From assembly GCA_043228905.1 (NCBI GenBank), contig JBHGNT010000022.1:8742001-8806000 (forward strand): 64,000 nt of DNA, written 5' to 3'. Source of the DNA: Azolla caroliniana (taxonomy: Eukaryota; Plantae; Polypodiophyta). Positions 27,020 to 38,852 of this stretch are shown one piece after another. A model generated the notes under the pieces. It worked only from the letters and a program-made list of their open reading frames with translations, did no database searches and was not told the DNA's origin. How positions within the stretch are numbered: position 1 is the first letter of the stretch; every line of letters starts with the position of its first letter. Both the position numbers and the translations under genes were made by a program.

Positions 27020-27500
27020 AATTTAGCGCACCCTAGTAGTAAGGAGTCATCCCATTGCTTTCTATGTCTTGGGTTTGATTCCCAATTTTCTCATCTCTTT
27101 CTCTCTCTCATTAGTACCATGTCATAGCAAAATTTTATGTTAGTGTTATAATAGTTTTTTTCTTTTATTTTATTATTTTTATAACTAAGCACAACCTAGT
27201 GGTAAGTTGTTGTGCTACTATTACTTGTGTCTTGGGTTCAATTCCTAACTTTCTTATATCCTCTTGTTAGTGTAATGACAAATTTTTATGTTAGTGTCAT
27301 GTTCCTTTTTCTTCTTTTTCTTTCTTTCTTTGTTATTAGAAATTAGCTCACCCGAGTGGTAAATTGTTATGCTACTACTACCTATGTCATGGCAAAATTT
27401 TATGTTAGTGTCATGTTCCTTTTTCTTTCTTTCTTTCTTTGTTATTAGAAATTAGGTCACCCTAGTGGTAAGTTGTTATGCTAACACTGCCTATGTCATG
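27020..27500 (+). repeat. Four degenerate repeats with tRNA/SINE-like A and B boxes
   Basis: Units start at ~27022, ~27185, ~27342 and ~27452 (e.g. TTAGCTCACCCGAGTGGTAA). The first two include GGGTTTGATTCC / GGGTTCAATTCC and are followed by T-rich tails. Confidence 0.5.
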
Positions 27501-28729
27501 TTTTCTTCATATTCTTGAATATACGTTTTTGAACGTTTGATTATAATTTATAATGACATATTTTGATTCAATCTCTATAGTTCATACTCATTTTTTTGTA
27601 AAGTTCTAAAGTGAGGATGATAGAGATGTCTTGATTTGCATCCGAAAAGTATGAATGTGATACAATGCAAATATTGCAACCATACTTATGTTGGTGGTTC
27701 ACAATGGATTAGAGTCCACTTATTAGGATTGAGAGTGAATCAATATATAATATAGACCTTAGTCAATCCAATCCAACTTTGAGATGATTTACCATACACG
27801 TTTGATTGAATCATTCTCGAATGCGAATGCACGTATGATACGTATGGTTCATTCTATGGTTACAAGCATACACACAAATTCCGCCTTTCCGCGTTAACAT
27901 ATACACAAGTTATTTATAACATTTCCCAACATCGAATATGATTATCCCAAAACTATATTTTATGAATTTGAAGATTGAGAGATTATTCCAAGTTTCACAA
28001 AATATGACTTGCAAGATAAAAAGGGTAGATATTCCATTAATAATCCAATTCGATATACTATGTATGGCAGGATTGCCATATACAAAATGTTACAAAATAC
28101 AATATAATGCAATGTTGCATCAAAGATACAAAATTGCAAAAATCCTGGATAATCACGAACACCGAAATACCAAAACCCACAAGATAAAAAAGGGTATCTA
28201 ATATTCCATTAGTAAGGCAATTCAATATACAAACAACGGGTCATTTGAAATAGGTAATATGTCGCATTTTAAGAAGTGTATGTCTAAAAAAAGGAATAAA
28301 ATACGTCATTTTACAAAAATGGGTGCCACATGCGTAAAGGGTATTTAAAAAATGACCAAATTTATATTGATTTTTAGCAATGGCAACAACTTGTAGGCTT
28401 TCAAAAAATGCCTAAATAATAGACACACCAAACTTACACAAGGATGTTCAATATTTACAAATGGACATAGCCATCATTTATAGATATTCGTAAATTGACA
28501 TTTTGAAGTAAGATACAATATGTATAGTTCATGTCTCGGAACATTCACTTCCCAAAGATAAGCCATCATTCTCAGGCTCATCCGATGAGGTAGAAGAGCT
28601 TTGTGAGGTCTCATCCTCTTCATCACTTGCAACCAATGCATTTTCTTCATCCAATCACAATCCAACCTCACCATGATTATAACACATACTCCTTGTTCGT
28701 CTTATTGTCATCTCCGGACTCACATTTGG

Positions 28730-31500
28730 GATCTTCTATTTTAATATCCTAATTGTAGTCTGCCTAAGATGGCCTGTCTTGGTCAATGAGAAGTCACACA
28801 CCAATATGTCAATGTTATCCAATGTGAGAGTAGACATGCTTGGTAGATTATTTCTTCTTCGCTTTCTACTCGTGCTTCTAACATCCTTCACCATCTCTAA
28901 AGAATACTTTTCCAGTAAATGTATCAGGGGAAGAGGTGTGATACCAATGAACCACAATAGACTTAACTTGATTGCCTTGTTCATCCTTCATTATTTGTAG
29001 AATTTTAGCAATCCAAAAAGGTTGGCCCAACTCATCATTGTCATCCAATGTCACGACCAACATTCCAACTTGTAGCTCATGCAAATTACCTTGCCATATT
29101 GCCTCTATAGTACGCGATATTCTTGGTCCCACGTAAATATCTCTCTGTCGTGGGTGAACTAGATTATTGAGTTCAATATTATCTAGTGAGTGGTGATGAG
29201 TCCTTGACACCAATGATGGGACACCAATGTTCCATTGAAACAGATATTGGAGGGGCCAATATGTAGCCATGTAGTTATCCCAAATCGTATGATGGTGGCC
29301 GAAAAAGGCATCCCACCATTCAATATTTTGATCACCAGCATATTTCTTGGTGTGCTCGATATTTTCTGTTTGGTTTCAAGGCATCGCATCCAATATATTT
29401 TTTGTTCATCAATCGAACTACCAGGAGCTAATTTTTTATGGTCGTCATATGGCATTTGTTCTACACCATCAATTCCCACATCTGGAAAACACAATAAGAA
29501 CCTACAACCCTCTCGTGGCTCCCATTGAGAACTAGATAAATATTGTTTGGCATACAATAATGTCCAGTCATGGATCCCCGAACTTCTTTTTATGAAGAAT
29601 ACATGGTTAAAATTTATATTATTTTGCGGTGCAAGAACCCTACCTTCAGTTCCATCACTATCCATGCAAAATCTTTTAAAATCATAAACTTCATTCAAAT
29701 GATGTACTTCTGGCTTTGGAGTATAAGCCTCACTAATCATCTTTGATAGCATAAGAAGTGTGAAAGCTAAGTTCTTTGAGAATCTACGAAACATTTGATC
29801 AATATGATCATGGGTATGACCAATTAGTAAGAAATTGACCTTAATCTTTTTAAATATTCCCCTCTCTATTAACATGCTTAAATAACCAGACACAATTGAG
29901 TTTTTGTTTTCTCTTGCCGTGTTGTCGAATTGCACATATAGAACTAGCGGAAGAATACCTTGCCAAGACTATAATACTCTTTGCATGACTGTGATTGTAA
30001 GATTTGGGTCATTGTGGATATTAGGACAAGTTAAGAATACTTGAGGTCGTATTGTCTGACAACATGTCAAATGACTACTAAATACATTTGTACAAGGAAT
30101 TTGTCTCCAATATCCTTTGGCAACCTACAAAAGTGCGGCAAACAAGTCTTTTCTTCATCCATTCCATCTATAATCATACACATATACCTTTCTGGTGATT
30201 GGAGACCTTTTTGTCGATGATGCATAACTTTAGATCGTTCCAATGCTTGACTGTCATGATGATCTTTTAATATATTCTTATAATTCTTTATTTCTTCATC
30301 AGTTCTACCACTCTTCACCATGCTCTTTAGACTTGCACACATTGAACAAACCCCCATTAGGACCTTATGCGGTATAACTACATTGTTAAACCTTAACCTC
30401 CAGAATCGATTGAGCATGTCATCCTTATAAGTTTGGTATTCCTTCTGACAAGTGAAGTTACCTGACAAATGTAATATTCCAGTCGTAGGCATAATATCAC
30501 ATTGTTTTGAGAAATACCTCTCCATCCACCTAACAACATGGCCTCCAATTAGCCCCTTACATCCAGATTCATCATAATTATTATGAAAAGGTACCCACGA
30601 ACCCTTTACGAGTTGTAGTTGAATTCTCTAGAGCCTCATGTTCCCAATGTTATAAGCAATTTTGAAACCAACTCGACAACACTTAGTACTTAAAGCAAGG
30701 TAATATTCAACATGCATTGAACTAGCCCACCATGTGTGATCCTGAACTAACCACATATGTGAAATCAGAAAAGCATCTTGCTTGTCACCATTCAATGATA
30801 AATACTTTTGCGGCAATCCCCTTAAGTTTGCCTTGCCAAATTTAGAAAGGCAAAGACTCCCACAACATGACTTGTTTGTATCCAATGCAATTTGACAATC
30901 AAAAGTAAAAAAGTTAAGTCTTTTACCACTAACTTGCGAAGGATTTCTTCTAAACTTGGGAGGTTGTTTTACGCACACCTCGTCAATAGATGTATCAACC
31001 TTTTCATTATGAACACACTATTTTCTCACTTCGCTACTACTTGAATTCAAAGGGTCAATCGAGAAAAATGAATTTGATCTATTTGTAACATCACAATTTG
31101 ACCTTTGATGCTCCTTGTTTTTAACACCTAGGTAATTGTACTCATCGACAGAGAACAACGAGTTGTTAGATAATGTAAAAGGGTCCATAGAAAAGAAAGA
31201 TATTCTACTTGAAGGGGACAACATCGTTACTTCAATAAATTGGCTTGAATTAGTAACTTTATCACTAGGAACCAATTGTATAGCTTGTTTTAATGGGCTT
31301 TAAAGTAAGAGGGGGCAACATATGTTGTCGAGAAACTGGTTGCTTGGTTATCCTTGTAATGATTCAGGACAAACCTGTATGGACACCTACGACAAGTGGG
31401 ACGTGTGGGGTTTCCATGTACACGACTCCAGACCACTTCTATGAATCGACAAAGCTATGCATCATGTCGATATTGTTGGCCAAAGGATATGGACCTCCAT
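28730..31500 (-). mobile_element. Frameshifted Sola-like (DUF7869-type) DDD transposase pseudogene
   Basis: Ordered motifs: CC..LC (N-terminal Cys-rich), CSMCASL, CMIIDGMD, QFDNTARENKN, FLLIGHTHDHIDQMF, then C-terminal QPFWIAKIL...VHWY...DFSLTKTGHL. The ORF is broken into several frames. Confidence 0.75.
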
Positions 31501-33246
31501 TTACCCTATTTGTTGAGAACTAGACGAGAGTAGTTGCCTACTGAGTCACCATTTATAGCCCAATTACACGTTTTTTGTCCGTTTCATACCCATATACCTC
31601 CAAAAATCTTGTGATGTCCTCACCATTGAATTGGACAATATTCTAAATAACTAAATTGTACAACGCTTGTCAACTCACTTTCCAATCGGTTAGCCACACT
31701 TTGTTCTTACATCATTCGAATCATCATGGTCATGATGAAGTTGACGATGTCCTTATTGAAACGACTCTTCACCATTTCTACTATTGGAGAATGCCCTTGT
31801 CAACATCCTTGTCAAGTTCACCAAATTTTTGTTGTATAGTTTGCGTCAAATCACAAATATTTTTTTCTTCAAGGGAAGATATAGAATTAAACAAGATGTT
31901 TGGGGATAGTGCATGGGATTATGCAGAATAGATGCCGACGAGGATGAAGTGAAAAATAAATACTTAATAATTAACACTTAAATTGTCTCGAGAATTTAAG
32001 ATTTGTAATTGTTATCACCTCAATATATGTATTTACATCACTTAATAATTAACACTTAAATTGTCTCGAGAATTTAAGATGACTTAAATTACACCTCTCA
32101 TATCTGTGTATGGAGGGAGATTCAAACTCTTGATTGTCACTTGATGGGATAAAGCTCTTGTGATGTGTCATTATGCTTTCTCTTGCTTATTTTGTGTCCT
32201 TATCACATGCAAGTCTCTTAGGGTTTAGGGTTCCACAATGGAGACAATGCTTATGAGCCATTTGTTTTCTCTTCAAAAAACCATAAACAAGCAAGGTAAA
32301 GAGATTAGGGCACTCATGAAGGAGAATGCAAAACTACAAATTATTGTTATTGAGAATGAGAGTCTTAAGATAACAATTACAAATCTTAAAGGTGAGATTA
32401 GAGAACATAAGAAAGTTTCATTAGAAAAAAATGAACATTTAAACAAGATTGAACTAAAAGAAGCATTGAATGAGATAAAAATGTACACAATAAGGCAAGA
32501 TATGATTGAAATGAAAATTGTATTCACAACAAAGTTGTAGGCCAATGTATGTGGTGGGGATGTAGCCTCTAACTTCGCTATTATGCTTGTCATGAATCAA
32601 GAGAATTATTTAGAAAGTATAGATCTCTAATAATTGAAAGAAAATTATCATGATGTGGCGTGTATATATGAGTAAAATGTCTGAAAGTGAGTTTATGATA
32701 AGTTAAGGTTATGGTCAAAGAAGTAGCAAGCATGAGGTGGATATAAATGTAGATCAAACCAAATATATATATATATATATCTCAACTAGCAATATAGAAC
32801 TCTTGGATTGATAAGGTCAATGGGTGATGAAGAGAGTAAGGCGATCTATAGTAAGCAAGGTGTACGGTCAAGGTATGTGTAAAATGTCTTGGAGCTGAGT
32901 TTATGATAAGTTAAGATTATGGTTAAACAAGTAGTAAGGATGCATGGTTCTAGATGTCATAATATGGCAAGACTCAAACCCATGACCTTATGTTACATGG
33001 GTCGAGCTCTTAACCATTATACCATCTATTATAATACGTAGAATATTATTTTCATTTAAGTTTTATTATAGGAAATTAATGTATATTCCATATTTCTCTG
33101 GCACATTCTAGAAGCTTCAGGACTCCTCTTGAGAACACTATAAAAGGAGGCACAAGGCATTATGTTGAACCAAATTGGTTCAATGCCAATCTTAAGCCTC
33201 ATAGCCATTTTGTACTTACTCTTCATATGATATATCATCTGTTATC

Positions 33247-33301
<55 letters not shown>

Positions 33302-33779
33302 CTCGCTATCTCTCTCTCTCTCTCTCTCTTTCGGGAGTCTTACGCAGTCCCGTCCTCTTAGTACTAATTGTACTTCCCTTCTCTAGTACTAATTCTCTCT
33401 CTATTTTAGTACTATTCCTGACAATTTGAACCAAATTTCCTCAAGTCTTCTTTTCGGTTTCCCTCATCCTCTTACCCCTTTTTTCCAATATTATGGCTAG
33501 TGTTAGCGCCCAAGAATATCAATCCGTTTTCTCCGAGCTACAGGGTCTAAAAGAAAAATTTATTGTCTTGGAACAAGAAAACCAACAATTGTTAGGGGAT
33601 CTTCAACAATCGTTGTAGAAAAATAGCAAACGCAGCAACAACATGGGGAGTTAACGTTATCCTTGAAAAGAACTCTTTAGCTTCATTTGCATTTAATTCT
33701 TCCATATCGGCTACTATTTTGCCCACACATCTGTATCGACAAATAACATCTTCAAGGAGAAACTTACAAACCGCCAAAG

Positions 33780-36700
33780 TGTACGTCTCGGTCGATATGT
33801 GATTTTGAAGTCAAAACGCACGAGGAATTGGGCCCATCGAGCTTGCCGTCAATTTAGTCCACGAGCGTTCTAGAAATAAGCAAGATTTTTGTGATCACTA
33901 AAGATGATGACCTGATGTGGAGAGTCCTCTAAGAAGTGTTGTCATTGCACAATTGAATCCACAATGGCTAATAACTCCTTGTCATGTATCTCGTAGTTGA
34001 TTTCCGCGACATCAAATTTGCGCGAATGGAAAGCCACAGGATGTAACTCTTCTTTATCTCCTTGTTGATAAAGGATGCTACCGAGGGCGAAATCTGATGC
34101 GTCAGCCTCCATGATGAATGGTTTGTTTGTATCCACATGAGCTAGAATAGGAGCTGATGTAAAGGCTTTCTTAAGATGCCTAAAAGTCATGCCCGCTTCA
34201 TTGGACCAAAGAAATGTATGTCCCTTCTTCGTAAGTTGTGTGAGAGGTAAAATAATCTTCGAGTAATCTTGTATAAACTTGAGGTAGAAGATAGCAAAAC
34301 CTAGGAAACATTGTACATCTCGTAACGAACATGGAGTTTGCCACTCTAGCACAATTTTGACTTTAGCCGGATCCATGGAGATGCCCTTGAGGAGATGACG
34401 TAGCCTAGAAATTCCACTTGCTTGCAGTCAAAGCTACATTTTTCTAGTTTGGCATAAAGACCATTCTCTCGGAGTCGTTTTAGTACTAATAGTACATGAG
34501 AGTCATGCTCTTCCTGGGTCTTCGAATAAATCAATAGATCATCCAGATAGATGATCAAACAGATATCCAAGAGGTCTCTGAATATATCTTTTGCCATGTG
34601 CTGGAAAACTGTGGGCACATTGGTTAGACCGAATGGCATAACGGTATACTTGAAATGCCCATACCGCGTGCGAAAGGCGGTCTTCCATTCGTCTCCCGGT
34701 CGGATCTGCACGAGGTTATACGTTCCTCGTAGATCGATTTTTGTAAAAAAACTTGGCACCATTTACTCGCTCTAAAAGACTTGATATAAGAGGAACTGCA
34801 TACCTATTCCTGATGGTGACCTTATTCAAGCCGCGGTAATCAACGACGAGACGAAGTGATCCATCTTTATTCTTAACAAAGAAAATGGGTGCACCGGCCG
34901 AAGATTTCGAATGACGAATAAACCCGCTTGCCAAGTTCTCCTCTATGTAGGCTCGAAGGACTTCTAACTCGGTTGGTGACAAGTTGTAAATTGGTCCCCA
35001 TGGTGGCTCTGTTCCTGGTTGTAAATCGTAGGGACAATCGTAGGGACGATGATGAGGAAGAGTACCGGCTTTTACCTTGTCAAATACATCGGCATAAGGA
35101 TGATATTTCGCCGGAAGTTGCACGAAGGATTCCTTCTTAATATTGCTGGAAAGATGTATTAATATTGCAAATAGAAACATTGCATCCTTGTGTCCTTCTT
35201 CGCGTAATTGATGGAGTGAAATGGTCGAAACTCGATGAGTAGATTCTTGGGGTCGTCGATATCGGACTTCTCTTGTTCTCCAATCTATGTCTGGATTATG
35301 TAATTCAAACCAAGGTAATCCCAAGACAATGGGATGCTCTAGACTACTAATTATATTAAATGATACCACACACACAAAACTACCTAGGACAACCTGAATG
35401 GGTTCTGACTCTTCTACAATATTCCCGGAAGCAATGGGACGACCATCAATGACTACTATAGATGCGGGGCAATGATGTTTTCTTAAGGATATTTGAGAAG
35501 CTTTGGGCAAAATTTCGGTCCATGAAACAAGAATTGGCTCTGGAATCTAAAAGTGCTAGGACGTGTACTGGAGGAGTACTTTTAGTACTAACCATGACTT
35601 GGGCTAAGAACACATTGCTAACTTGCTTGGAGGGAATGGAACCACTAATGGGCTGTACAGATCTAGGGTTGTCCAACCAAATGACTCCTATTTTGGCTGG
35701 ACTCAATCGTTTAACTCTTCATCTAATTGACTAAGGATTTCAAATTTGTTTGAGATACTTGGGCTATTAGTACTATTAATACTATCAAACACTCTATTAG
35801 TACTATTAATACTATCAGACACTCCTAAGGCAAGAATTGACTCAGGTTTAGTACAAGCTACGATTTGATTTACCTGTCTTCTTGGCCTATGGGGACAATT
35901 GATTGCAATATGCCCTAGTCCACCGCAATAAAGACATAATCGATTTGCACGTCGTCGTTGCTTTTCTTCTTCCGATAACGGGCCACGTCGACGCATGGTA
36001 TCGATCTCCATCGGTGTCGAAGTATTTACTTGAGGTATGTCTTGTGCAAACGGTTTAGCCGCGACTGAGGCGTAAGTGGGCTCCGGCCTAGAGCGTGGTA
36101 TCTGTAATTGACGTTCTGAACGCCGTTCGAAAAGGCGGTTGTCACATCGGACTGCTCAACTAATTGCCTCCGTAAGAGACTTTGGTTCTTTGGGGAATGT
36201 TAGAAGTAGATCTTTGACATCGTTTAGTGAAACTACTCCATTAGTGAAACTGCTCCATTAGTGCCTGATCATCCCAGGGGATATCTGAAGCGAGTAGACG
36301 GAAATCCGCCGCGTAGGCAGAGGCTGGACAATCGCCTTGACGCAGTCGTCGGATTTTGTTTATTGCCGTCCGGATGTTGTCTGTATCTCCAAAGCAAGCT
36401 TTAAACTCACTAATAAAGTCTTTAAAGTTATTCAGTAAGGGCGATTGTTTTTCCAGAAGCGGAGCAAACCATGCCAAGGCTGAGCCGTGAAGCAACGTGC
36501 TTATTAGGCCAACTCGGGATGCATCAGTGGGATATGGAGAAGGATGCATTTGAATGACTAAGCGTACCTGATTGAGGAATCCCCTAATTGCGATCGCGTT
36601 CCATCAAATTTCACAGGAAGTCCAATCTTGGGCTCTTTATGAAATCCGTGGGGACTTGATCCTTGTTGTTGCAACGTTGCTTCAAGTTGTTGCACACGTA

Positions 36701-37401
36701 AAGCTAACTCCCCATGTTGCTGTTGCAACTCCCCATGTTGTTGCTGCGTTTGATGTTTTTCTAAGGCAATTTGTTGAAGATCCCCTAACAACCGCTAGTT
36801 TTCTTGTTCCAAGGCAACAAATTTTTCTTTTAGACAGTATAGCTCGGAGAAAACGGATTGGTATTCTTGGGCGCTAACAGAAGCCATTGTATAGAAAAAG
36901 GATAAGAGGATGAGGGAAACCAAAAGAAAGACTAGAGAGGAGGAAATTGGTTCAAACTGTCAGGAATAGTACTAAAACAGAGAGAGAATTAGTACTAGAG
37001 AAGGGAAGTACTATTAGTACTAAGAGGACAGGACTGCGTAAGACTCCCAAGAGGGAGGAAAGAGAAGAGAAGAGAGAGAGAGAGATAGTGAGGACGAGAG
37101 AGAGATGATGATAACAGATGATATATTATAGGAAGAGTAAGTACAAGATGGCTATGAGGCTTAAGACTGGCGTTGAACCAATTTGGTTCAACATAATGCC
37201 TATTGCCTTCTTTTATAGTGTTCTCAGGAGTAATCCTGAAGCTTCTAGAATGTTCCAGAGAAATCTAGAATATAAATTAATTTCCTATAATAAAACTTAA
37301 ATGAAAATAATATCCTACGTATTACAATAGATGGTATAATGGTCAAGAGCTCGACCCATATAACATAAGGTCATGGGTTTGAGTCTTGCCATATCATGAC
37401 A
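33780..37401 (-). mobile_element. Inverted 5' half of the same Gypsy family (LTR-gag-PR-RT-RNase H)
   Basis: LTR 36958-37401 in reverse orientation. gag with [14 protein letters not shown] knuckle, protease LLDSRA, RT (YLDDLLIYS) and RNase H (EADASDFALG, YEIHDKELLAIV). Truncated at ~33780. Confidence 0.92.
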
Positions 37402-37835
37402 GTGGGCAGGTCGTCGAGGCATATGGACAACTTTTGCAAAGCTAAAGGAGAAGTATTGGTGGCCGGGTGTTTACAAAGATGTAGCAAGCTATGTAGAAAC
37501 ATGTGTGCAATGTCAATTGTACTCAAATGTTCAACATAGGGATGAACTTTATCCGACATATCCATTGTCAATGCATTATAAGTGGTTAGTAGACATAGTG
37601 GTTATGATGATGGGATTGGGGCAAATGAGGTATCTCCTGCTAGCAAGCCAGGATCTCACCAACCAAGTAGAAGATTGGGCACTAAGGAATAAAACCACTT
37701 TGGCGGTTTGTAAGTTTCTCCTTGAAGATGTTATTTGTCGATACAGATGTGTGGGCAAAATAGTAGCCGATATGGAAGAATTAAATGCAAATGAAGCTAA
37801 AGAGTTCTTTTCAAGGATAGGCATCAAATTATCTT
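37402..37835 (+). mobile_element. Integrase fragment from an unrelated Gypsy family
   Basis: HHCC zinc-binding region (KLKEKYWWPGVYKDVASYVETCVQCQ) followed by a catalytic-core start (KWLVDIV, LEDVICRY). Unlike the host element's integrase context. Confidence 0.75.
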
Positions 37836-38852
37836 CAACAATTGTTAGGGGATCTTCAACAATCGTTGTAGAAAAATGGGGAGTTTGCTTATAATAACGT
37901 TATTCACTCCTCGACTCAGGTCTCCCCATTTTATGCATATATTGGTTCTCATCCTCAATGGTCTGTGATCGACACCCCGAAGCTACCTACCAATCCTCGT
38001 CTCGAGGATCATTTGGAGAGGCTACACAAGATCTAGATGGATCTCTCTACTCATCTTCGTCATGCTCAACACACACAGAAGACTTATGCGGATCGTCATC
38101 GGCTTCCCTCCTCTTTTGCCATCGGAGATTGAGTATGGCTCTTACGTCGTCACATCAAGACTACTCAACCGTATGACAAGTTGGATTATCTATGATTCGG
38201 TCCTTTCCGTATTACCGGTTAGGTTAATGATGTCACATTCCGCCTTGATCTTCCTCCGCATCTTCAGATACATCCAGTCTTCCATAGTTCTCTTCTTGAA
38301 CCTTATAAAGAAAACATTATTCCTGATCGTGTTACACCACTGCTGCCCCCAGTTGAATTAGACGCCAGCCTGGAGTATGAAGTTGATGTCGTCCTCGATT
38401 CCAAAATTGTTCGCAACAAACTTTATTATTTGGTCGATTGGCTTGGCTATAGTCCGAGTGAACGTACTTGGGAACCCGTCGAGCATGTCGCCAATGCTCA
38501 GGATCTTCTTGCTTATTTCCACCAATAGTATCCGGACAAACCCGATCCTCAATCAACGCCGACTCGTTACACTTGTCGTCTTAAGGGAGGGATAGTGTCA
38601 TGATATGGCAAGACTTGAACCCATGACCTTATGTTATATGGGTCAAGCTCTTGACCATTATACCATCTATTGTAATACGTAGGACATTATTTTCATTTAA
38701 ATTTTATTATAGGAAATTAATGTATATTCCAGATATTTCTGGAACATTTTAGAAGCTTCAAGACTCCTCTTGAGAACACTATAAAAGGAGGCACAAGGCA
38801 TTATGTTGAACCAAATTGGTTCAACGCCAGTCTTAAGCCTCATAGCCATTTT

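Noticed and set aside
32238-32540. 100-aa coiled-coil ORF
   Set aside because: No recognisable family or splice structure. Probably a decayed repeat fragment.
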